11,422 bases of DNA from a virus: the UHGV virus genome UHGV-2155131; one strand, given 5' to 3'. Below the pieces are notes generated by a model, which saw only the letters and a list, made by a program, of their open reading frames with translations, was not told the DNA's origin and did not search any database. Positions within the stretch are counted from its first letter, which is position 1. Each line of letters begins with the position of its first letter. Below are positions 5,459-11,422 of the stretch, one piece after another. The position numbers and the translations under genes were made by a program.

Positions 5459-7207
5459 TTATAAAAACGCGTCACAATCATCAGTTGTAATTGCGTTGGT
5501 CTGCGTTACTCCCTTAACTCTCCGCGTAATATATTCATGTCCGTAAACTTTTGCCGCTGGCTTCATGGCCTTGCTGAACTCAGCCACGTTTAGCGGTTTG
5601 CTCCTGCCTGCGTATGCCATAAACGCCAGATAGACGCGGTAAAGGCTGTTTCTGGTCGTGTACTTCACGGAATCGCCACCGCCACCCATCATCAGGCCGC
5701 GAGCTTCCTCCAGAAAATTCAGGAACTGGCAAAACTCAATAACCGGATCCGTCTGTTGCTTTATCGCCAGTGCTTCATCACCGTCGCGCTGTTCCAGTAA
5801 TAAAGCCCGTGCCTTTTCAGGGTCGGCAAAATTAGCCAGCAAGCGACGGATAATTACGGGGATTTCAGCCGCGACCTTCTCCGGCAAATCCTTGTCTTTT
5901 TCGTCCTCCCTTACAATGTTGTCGAACCGGAAAATCACCCGACGGCGTGACACACCTCCGGCCCGCTCGGTGAATATCATCGGGTTATTGTTGGTAGCCA
6001 GCACCACCGCCCTGATTACCGCCGTAAAACGCTTCTCATATTTCGGGTTTATTTCCACTGGGTCGCCGCCCGTGATTTTCTTGATGCCCGTTCCTTCGCC
6101 TGTATATTTCGGCTGGTCAGCCAGGACGATAAGACGACTCCCGACAACCTGCGCACGTCCACCAGCATCATCAAGTGAGGTCATTTCAGCGCTTACCGTG
6201 TTCTGTTTCCCTGCCAGAAGGCTGGCTATGTGCGTGAATGTACTTTTACCGCTACCGCCCTCTCCGGTGGCCTCAATAAACATCTGCCAGTCGTACCGGT
6301 TCGCCATAATCATGTACAGCGCGGCACATATACGCATCATCTTGCGCGGGTCTTTTCCGGCTGCGTGCTCAAGCCATTTATGAAAGTTTGGCGCGTTGTC
6401 GCAGATATTCTCCCCTGGTGCTGGTGGCGTGTACTCAATGCCGTTGTGCGTGGTGATCCAGTTCTCCGGCGTGTGCGGGGAAAATTCCCCCGTTTTCAGG
6501 TCAAGCGCACCATTGGCGAACGGCAGCAAATCGCCGGACGGCTCCCCCATTGGTTCGGCAATAACTTTTAACGCTTCAACGGCGTTATTGATCACGCGTT
6601 TGCTAAAAGTGGCCCTGTGCTCTGAATAGATCGCCACCATTTCGCGGCTAAGTTCCATTGTGCTGACCGGACACCATACCCCGCCGCGCCATACGTGAAC
6701 GATTTCACTTTCCGGATGCACACAAACGCCATCAAATCGACCAGCAAGCATCTGTGCGCGCTCACTGTCTGCCATTTGTGCCAGTTGCGTATTTTTCTGC
6801 TCCGGCATGGTAAGCCCTGCGGCAATATTTTCACGCTCAGCATTCAGATAGCGCCGCCAGTTTTCACACTTCTGGACGTGCATTCCTTCGGGGTAAAAAT
6901 TTGCGTCCTGAATATCTGCCGCCGCCAGCTTCTGACCAATCTTTTTGGTCTCCACCAAATCCAGTTCTCCGGCCTGGTACAGCCTTACGCGTTTTTTTCC
7001 ATCCGGAACAATTTTCAGTGCATCAAGTTCGGCAAGCTGATTTGGCCCAAGCCACACAGGCGGCACATTATCGCCGGATGCGGGGCCATCCTGCTCCTGC
7101 CATTGTTTCGCGTGCGACCAGGCATCACTACCCGCGAAAATAATTACCTCTGTGTCTTTGTGTTTTATTCCGCGTGGCTGTTTTTTTACGTTCGGTGCCA
7201 GTTTCAT
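5459..7207 (-). CDS. P4-alpha-like primase / SF3 helicase replication protein
   Basis: 582 aa. Walker A motif GEGGSGKST mid-protein with a D5_N-like upstream region, typical of phage/plasmid primase P4-family C-terminal domains. GGGG motif before ATG; ATGA overlap with the upstream gene. Confidence 0.85.
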   Translation of the reverse strand: MKLAPNVKKQPRGIKHKDTEVIIFAGSDAWSHAKQWQEQDGPASGDNVPPVWLGPNQLAELDALKIVPDGKKRVRLYQAGELDLVETKKIGQKLAAADIQDANFYPEGMHVQKCENWRRYLNAERENIAAGLTMPEQKNTQLAQMADSERAQMLAGRFDGVCVHPESEIVHVWRGGVWCPVSTMELSREMVAIYSEHRATFSKRVINNAVEALKVIAEPMGEPSGDLLPFANGALDLKTGEFSPHTPENWITTHNGIEYTPPAPGENICDNAPNFHKWLEHAAGKDPRKMMRICAALYMIMANRYDWQMFIEATGEGGSGKSTFTHIASLLAGKQNTVSAEMTSLDDAGGRAQVVGSRLIVLADQPKYTGEGTGIKKITGGDPVEINPKYEKRFTAVIRAVVLATNNNPMIFTERAGGVSRRRVIFRFDNIVREDEKDKDLPEKVAAEIPVIIRRLLANFADPEKARALLLEQRDGDEALAIKQQTDPVIEFCQFLNFLEEARGLMMGGGGDSVKYTTRNSLYRVYLAFMAYAGRSKPLNVAEFSKAMKPAAKVYGHEYITRRVKGVTQTNAITTDDCDAFL

Positions 7208-7503
7208 TTTTTACCCCTGAATACGTTAAGCATCTTTTTTATTTCCTGAATATTGGCGCGTGCTTTCTCCCTGCTGGTGGGCACGTTACGCGGTACGGCC
7301 TGCACCAGAGAAAAATCACGATCGAACTGATAAACAGGCATCACGCAATCATATTCGTAGCCTTCACGACGGTAGGTTACGCGCCGTTCCTCCACGCCCT
7401 TAATCATTACCGTGCCGCCGTACTGGTCGCGGTAAATATCACCGCGCATGAATTTAGTGCGAGTTTTGCCACTGGCAGTTAAGCCAGAATATTTAAGTTT
7501 CAT
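7204..7503 (-). CDS. Hypothetical protein (99 aa), translationally coupled to primase
   Basis: ATG at 7503 with GGAG upstream. Stop overlaps the primase start. Confidence 0.5.
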   Translation of the reverse strand: MKLKYSGLTASGKTRTKFMRGDIYRDQYGGTVMIKGVEERRVTYRREGYEYDCVMPVYQFDRDFSLVQAVPRNVPTSREKARANIQEIKKMLNVFRGKK

Positions 7504-7508
7504 TATTT

Positions 7509-7739
7509 TTATTCTCCGGTGTGGGGCGCTTTATTATTCTCGTGAATTGCCATAGCCTTATTGAGTTCATCAATAACAGGTGTCAATAATGTCTGAACAG
7601 CGGCAAACATTAATGATGAATGATCTTCGCCACCTTCCGGCACTTCAATTAATTTAATTAATAACGCATTCATTTCGCGTGCTTTAATTAATGCGTTTTC
7701 AGAGTGGATTAATACTTCAAAAGGGATTTTATGCATCAC
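7509..7739 (-). CDS. Small hypothetical protein (about 75 aa) in a low-GC segment
   Basis: GGGAG Shine-Dalgarno motif before a GTG (7739) / ATG (7736) start. Helical, acidic composition. Confidence 0.5.
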   Translation of the reverse strand: MMHKIPFEVLIHSENALIKAREMNALLIKLIEVPEGGEDHSSLMFAAVQTLLTPVIDELNKAMAIHENNKAPHTGE

Positions 7740-7959
7740 AAATTTTCTCCCTTATTCTTTTAATGTCCTCATTAAGGATGTCTGTAACTTTTATCAGCGA
7801 GTTTTTGGCAATTATTTTTATTGTTTTAAGTTTTCTTTTGTCGTGCTCCGACTGTGATTTTCTTTCCATAATCTCCACCATGTGGGTAACATCAACGAGC
7901 GCACGTATCAGTATTTGCATTGCTTCTTCTGCTGCGTCCGGACGGGTGTTATTGCACAT
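7729..7959 (-). CDS. Small hypothetical protein (76 aa) in a low-GC segment
   Basis: Strong AGGAGG Shine-Dalgarno motif 6 nt before ATG 7959. 11-nt overlap with the downstream gene. Confidence 0.55.
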   Translation of the reverse strand: MCNNTRPDAAEEAMQILIRALVDVTHMVEIMERKSQSEHDKRKLKTIKIIAKNSLIKVTDILNEDIKRIREKICDA

Positions 7960-8155
7960 GGCACACCTCCTGACGAATACGGGCAGCGAATACCATCACG
8001 CAGCCAGCCGGGGATTGCTGGCGTGCTTCCTGTTCGCTGGTGGCCTCGATGGTAATCACGCGCGGTTGTGCCGTGCTCAGGGCGATAAAACGCCAGATGT
8101 ATTTATTCAGGTCGTGCGAGTCCCGCCCTTGCGGGTGTGTGGTATGATTTCTCAT
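7949..8155 (-). CDS. Small hypothetical protein (68 aa), probable first gene of the leftward replication operon
   Basis: Internal ATG at 8155 with GAGG 6 nt upstream. Protein-like translation (MRNHTTHPQGRDSHDLNKYIWRFIALS...). Same frame as the long 439-codon ORF. Confidence 0.4.
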   Translation of the reverse strand: MRNHTTHPQGRDSHDLNKYIWRFIALSTAQPRVITIEATSEQEARQQSPAGCVMVFAARIRQEVCHVQ

Positions 8156-9268
8156 AGCTGCCTCGATACTTTCGCTATCGTTGGTGGTTAGAAGCCCGGT
8201 TAGTGTTAGCGCACTGCCGGGTTTCGTCGTTTCTGCACCTTGCGCCAACAAGGTGTTGAACACCAATTTAAACCCAGGTGTTAAACACGTCAAGTGTTGA
8301 ACACTTATTTTTTTTCCTGCATACTGCATTTGTTTTTTATGAGGGGTACACCACATGGCGACAAAAGCAGTAAACGCAAAATCACAAACCGTTGCGGCAA
8401 GGGTTCCGCATGAAGTTATGAACAATGTTGAGGCGGTAAAAATGCCTGGCGAAAGTACGGGGCAATTTGTTACTGCGGCATTAAAACGAGAAGTTGAATA
8501 TCGCCAGCGGCGCAAGGCCAGTGAATCCGAGAAATCATTAATCACGTCATAACATGAAGAACGATGGCGATAATCATAGGAGTAAAAGATGTTAAAATTA
8601 AAAAAACATGTACCAATGATGGTTGCTTTAATTATCACAATCTTTCTCTTAATATCATGCTTTGAGAAAAATAGTCTTTGCTCAAACGATAAGGGCGATT
8701 TATTACGGCGTGCTTGCGATGTAGAGTTGAAAAAAAGTTGAGCACTACCTAACCGAGACAATGCCGTAGTTCCTGTAATCACAGGATCGCTCAGGCTTTG
8801 CCCACCAGCCGCAAATATGGCATTGTTGGCAATGCTCATGCGTTGGGGATAACGTGTAGCTTGTGTCGAGGGGCCACCGTAGCGGGTGGCCTTTGTTTTG
8901 CCCGTTATTCGGCAATTGTGGCGCTTCTCCACATGGTTGATATAATCCCACTGCTCAGATTCATTTTTTGCGCAGTAGGTTAATTGTTCACAAAGGCGCT
9001 CCGGCAACGGGGCGCTTTTTGTTTTTATTAGTTTGTAGAAACCTGACTCAGAGATAATGCTCATATTCTGATTGCCGTCAGGGGTGTAAGTTAAATTTAC
9101 TCCCTTTTTATCATCAAACATCTGCAACGCTCTGGCGTTAACAATATTGGTTTCACTCCCGCCAGTAAGGCCGGAAATAACCGGAATAATTTCGGCAAAA
9201 TTTTGCAGATTCTGTTTTTCAGGACGAACGAAGCCCCGCCCTTGTTCGGGAGAATATCCAGTATTCAT
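7949..9268 (-). CDS. Bro-N domain (antirepressor-like) protein; only the N-terminal ~175 aa (about 8745..9268) is recognisable and the 3' extent is uncertain
   Basis: DGNQNMSIISESGFYKLI...LPERL matches the Bro-N core motif (NMNIINESGLYSLI). The frame then runs stop-free for about 800 nt through low-complexity translation, antisense to the RHH gene and the operators. Confidence 0.45.
   Translation of the reverse strand: MNTGYSPEQGRGFVRPEKQNLQNFAEIIPVISGLTGGSETNIVNARALQMFDDKKGVNLTYTPDGNQNMSIISESGFYKLIKTKSAPLPERLCEQLTYCAKNESEQWDYINHVEKRHNCRITGKTKATRYGGPSTQATRYPQRMSIANNAIFAAGGQSLSDPVITGTTALSRLGSAQLFFNSTSQARRNKSPLSFEQRLFFSKHDIKRKIVIIKATIIGTCFFNFNIFYSYDYRHRSSCYDVINDFSDSLALRRWRYSTSRFNAAVTNCPVLSPGIFTASTLFITSCGTLAATVCDFAFTAFVAMWCTPHKKQMQYAGKKISVQHLTCLTPGFKLVFNTLLAQGAETTKPGSALTLTGLLTTNDSESIEAAMRNHTTHPQGRDSHDLNKYIWRFIALSTAQPRVITIEATSEQEARQQSPAGCVMVFAARIRQEVCHVQ
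8253..8304. promoter_or_regulatory. Three operator-like inverted repeats GTGTTNAACAC within divergent promoters
   Basis: Copies at 8253..8263, 8278..8288 and 8294..8304. Rightward promoter candidate: -35 TTGAAC (8297..8302) and -10 CATACT (8320..8325). Leftward candidate: -35 TTGACG (complement of 8288..8293) and -10 TAAATT (complement of 8265..8270). Confidence 0.5.
8355..8552 (+). CDS. Ribbon-helix-helix-like small DNA-binding protein (putative island repressor/regulator)
   Basis: GAGGGG Shine-Dalgarno motif 8 nt before ATG. N-terminal beta-strand with alternating hydrophobics (TVAARVPHEV) followed by two helices, as in Arc/CopG-type proteins. Diverges from the operator region. Confidence 0.5.
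   Translation: MATKAVNAKSQTVAARVPHEVMNNVEAVKMPGESTGQFVTAALKREVEYRQRRKASESEKSLITS
8589..8666 (+). CDS. Candidate 25-aa cationic/hydrophobic peptide (MLKLKKHVPMMVALIITNLSLNIML) downstream of the RHH gene
   Basis: Canonical AGGAG 6 nt upstream of ATG. Below the ORF-track size cutoff. Composition resembles small membrane peptides. Translated by hand. Confidence 0.25.
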
Positions 9269-9320
9269 GGTTAGATCTCTGTATTAGTGGATGGGTGGCG
9301 GCTGTGTGCCGCCAGCCTGA

Positions 9321-9509
9321 TTAGTGAACTGCCTCGCAGCTGTCCTTCCATGCCAGAACTTCGGATAAAGACCAGCCAACGGAACGACCGCCCAGCTTAC
9401 GCCGTGATGGGAATTGTCCGGCTTTTTCCAGGCGGTACCGACATGAGCGGCTCAGGCCTGTAAGTTGCTGACATTCTTTTTCACGTATAAAGCGATCTGT
9501 GCTTAACAC
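9321..9509 (-). CDS. alpA: AlpA-family phage transcriptional regulator / excisionase-like protein
   Basis: 62 aa with the LxxxxRSVGWxxSEVxxW signature of AlpA-type winged-helix proteins. Located between int and the rest of the island, as in PICIs and P4-like elements. Confidence 0.8.
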   Translation of the reverse strand: MLSTDRFIREKECQQLTGLSRSCRYRLEKAGQFPSRRKLGGRSVGWSLSEVLAWKDSCEAVH

Positions 9510-9790
9510 AATTCCCCCTTTGTTGTTTCTTAAAGAGTCATTGGGTGGATTATTGGGTTGGGTTGTGTCGGATTGTGTCAGGGTGTTTGTGGAATGGCAA
9601 ACACTGGCGGCGGTCGTTTTACAGAAGCAGGGGGAATGAGAATAAAAACTCTTTTAATTCATTATGATGCAAAGGCATAAAATTTTACTTTTACGCCTTT
9701 TTTACATATTTTTAAGAGTGATTCGCCAGTGTATAAAAAAACAGTACACCTATAAAAATCAAATGGTTATTACGATGGCTGATTTTTAAC

Positions 9791-9850
9791 CCGTTGTTCC
9801 ATTTTGTTCCTTGTTGTTCGTCGTTGTGTCTCGTTGTTTCACGTTGTCCG
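9791..9850. repeat. Six tandem 10-bp repeats (NCGTTGTNYC) just 3' of int, in the alpA upstream region
   Basis: ccgttgttcc / attttgttcc / ttgttgttcg / tcgttgtgtc / tcgttgtttc / acgttgtccg in helical phase. Confidence 0.5.
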
Positions 9851-9874
9851 CATCCTGAAAAATCGCAAAAAAAA

Positions 9875-11125
9875 TTATATTTCTCTGGCTATTGGCAATG
9901 TGGTTACGTTTTCATGTGTTCCCGCCAGTATCCCTAACCGCTCCGTCCACATATCCAGCGCGTCACGTTTCGCATCCAGATAACGGGAATGGTTATAGAC
10001 TCGTTGCATCCCTGGCATCTGATGACCTGTAAGCTGCTCCACGACGTGAGGATCCACGCCTAAATCGTTCAGCATCGTTGTAAAGGTGCGCCGGATGTCA
10101 TGCAGTGACCAGTGAGGGTGTTTTAGCCTCCTGTGCGCTAATCTACCGTACTGCGACACGCTTGTTTCCTGTTTCACTTCCCCCAGCAATAAGCCCGTGT
10201 GCCTGTTCTGCTCCACCAGCTGCGTGACGAACGGCAGTATTGCTTCCGGTATGGGCCGGAATATTGCCACCTTCGTTTTGCTGTGTTCTTTCGGCACGGT
10301 CCAGAGCATTTCGGTAAAATCCCACTCGCTGATCTCCGATAACCTCAGTTCTACCGTCCGGCATCCGAAAACAATCAGGAGGCGGATTAGTGCGACGTAG
10401 TAAGGGGAAAATATTTTTTTGTCCAGTGCCTGCAATAATTCGCCAAGTTCTTTGGTGCTTAAGACACGCTCGCTTATATCCGGTTTTTTCCCAACGTCCG
10501 CCACACTCATATCATCAAGAACGTTGCTGATTGCATAGCGCCGCCTCCGGCAGAACTTAAGCGCCTGTTTGCACGTCTGTAGCAAGAATCCGGCAGTAAC
10601 AGGCGTTCGCTTTGCCACCTGGTCAAAACAGGCCAGCCAGTGCCGTAGCTCGCATTTATCCAGCGGCATAGCACCAATGTGCTGTATTACGTGATTATTA
10701 AGGCGCTTTTTCAGGGCGGCATAATCCACGCGGTTTTCCTTTGCGTACGACTCAAGCCAGTAGGTGAGCGCATCGCCAACCGTTACCGGCTTTAACGCTT
10801 CCTGTACGGTGTAATTAAGCTCATGACGTGGATTTTTCCCCTCTGCCAGCCATGCGCGACACTGGGCGGCTTTTTCCCTGGCTGATTTCAGGCTCAGATC
10901 AGGATAATTTCCCAGCTTAATGCGTTCCGGTGGTGCCCCCCTTCCCGTTCCGGCCCTGTAAGTGAAATACCAGGTTAAAAGGCCACTGGTTGAATGCCTG
11001 ACGCTCAGGTTTCCACCGTCATTAAGAAAGGCTGTTTTTTGGGCGGGTGTGCCGTTGATTTTCCTCAGCTGTGTATCGCTCAGTTTGTTAAGTGCTCTGC
11101 TCATAATTTTGATTCCGGTCATCAC
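9875..11125 (-). CDS. int: P4-family tyrosine integrase
   Basis: About 410 aa. N-terminal arm-binding-like region (LSDTQLRK...GGNLSVRHSTSG...WYFTYR) and C-terminal catalytic region with an HxxRRT-like motif (LHDIRRTF). The 11125 start is GTG; ATG alternatives at 11122 and 11104. Confidence 0.9.
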   Translation of the reverse strand: MMTGIKIMSRALNKLSDTQLRKINGTPAQKTAFLNDGGNLSVRHSTSGLLTWYFTYRAGTGRGAPPERIKLGNYPDLSLKSAREKAAQCRAWLAEGKNPRHELNYTVQEALKPVTVGDALTYWLESYAKENRVDYAALKKRLNNHVIQHIGAMPLDKCELRHWLACFDQVAKRTPVTAGFLLQTCKQALKFCRRRRYAISNVLDDMSVADVGKKPDISERVLSTKELGELLQALDKKIFSPYYVALIRLLIVFGCRTVELRLSEISEWDFTEMLWTVPKEHSKTKVAIFRPIPEAILPFVTQLVEQNRHTGLLLGEVKQETSVSQYGRLAHRRLKHPHWSLHDIRRTFTTMLNDLGVDPHVVEQLTGHQMPGMQRVYNHSRYLDAKRDALDMWTERLGILAGTHENVTTLPIAREI

Positions 11126-11151
11126 AATTAACTACACCATTAACTACACCG
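11126..11151. repeat. Right copy of 26-bp direct repeat; putative attR core, immediately upstream of the integrase start
   Basis: Exact match to 147..172. P4-family integrases classically have their att core just upstream of int. Confidence 0.7.
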
Positions 11152-11352
11152 ATCGTTGCACAAAGGGCTACAACGTGAAACAAGCTGGAACAAGGAAAAT
11201 CACAAATCTGTTTATAATCAAAAACATAATGAACAATCTGAAACATTATGAAACGGCAAAAAACACTAATTGATAAAATATGCCCATACTTCACGCATTA
11301 CGTTAAGCATCCGTTATAATCGGTTGCAGATACCAGCCTGTGGATGCTTAAC

Positions 11353-11422
11353 ATGGAATACCAACTCACTCTTAACTGGCCCGATTTTCTTGAACGTCAC
11401 TGGCAGAAACGCCCGGTGGTGT
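11353..11422 (+). CDS. roxA: 5' end of a chromosomal roxA (ycfD)-like gene, partial
   Basis: Translation MEYQLTLNWPDFLERHWQKRPVV matches my memory of the E. coli YcfD/RoxA N-terminus. Lies outside the right direct repeat. Confidence 0.55.
   Translation, partial: MEYQLTLNWPDFLERHWQKRPVV

Larger units (their letters stand above)
147..11151. mobile_element. Integrated phage satellite / phage-inducible chromosomal island (int-alpA-primase backbone plus capsid and cos cargo)
   Basis: Flanking direct repeats, terminal integrase, AlpA, P4-alpha-like primase, iteron origin, cos sites. A chromosomal roxA-like gene starts just outside the right repeat. Confidence 0.7.

Noticed and set aside
5658-7482. 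Plus-strand ORFs overlapping the primase and upstream genes (5658..6383, 6230..6571, 6396..6629, 6695..7249, 6901..7143, 7174..7482) and minus-strand 6592..6843
   Set aside because: All lie within or antisense to the primase/helicase gene, which has a Walker A motif and coupled neighbours.
7691-8191. 166-aa plus-strand ORF
   Set aside because: Antisense to three consecutive Shine-Dalgarno-supported minus-strand genes; Ser-, Leu- and Cys-rich translation.
8745-8983. ORFs 8745..8951 (minus) and 8798..8983 (plus)
   Set aside because: Alternative frames over the Bro-N domain coding region; Cys- and His-rich translations.
10143-10400. ORFs inside the integrase gene (10143..10364 minus, 10197..10400 plus)
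   Set aside because: Alternative or antisense frames of a confidently identified integrase.
10962-11294. ORFs 10962..11273 (plus) and 11088..11294 (minus)
   Set aside because: Both span the island/chromosome junction and the att repeat; the plus-strand one is antisense to the integrase start.
1-11422. CRISPR array, rRNA or tRNA genes, P2/P4-type cos
   Set aside because: No regularly spaced repeat-spacer array and no cloverleaf-like tRNA sequence at the att repeats were seen by eye. The P2/P4 cohesive-end sequence as I recall it is absent; the cos present is lambda-type.

Overview
The window is almost entirely one ~11 kb integrated phage satellite (PICI / P4-like architecture), bounded by a 26-bp direct repeat at 147..172 and 11126..11151. 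Flanking chromosome is 1..146 on the left and, on the right, the 5' end of a roxA/ycfD-like gene (11353..11422). All calls are from reading the sequence and the ORF track by eye; no searches were run, and protein similarities are recalled from memory. Main genes run on the minus strand, right to left: P4-type tyrosine integrase, AlpA-like regulator, a Bro-N-domain protein, a divergent regulatory switch with a small RHH-like gene on the plus strand, three small genes, and a P4-alpha-like primase/helicase followed by an iteron-type origin. Further left are a split SSB-like remnant, a PerC-family regulator, and a terminator-bounded late operon encoding a lambda gpE-like major capsid protein and a gpD-like decoration protein. 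Next to that operon lie two inverted copies of a lambda-type cos site around a ~470-bp cosB-like segment. The most interesting feature is this combination: a satellite with its own lambda-like capsid shell and decoration genes and lambda-type cos, but no portal, protease or terminase in the window. There is an assembly gap (97 N) at 2102..2198, so the sequence is draft quality.
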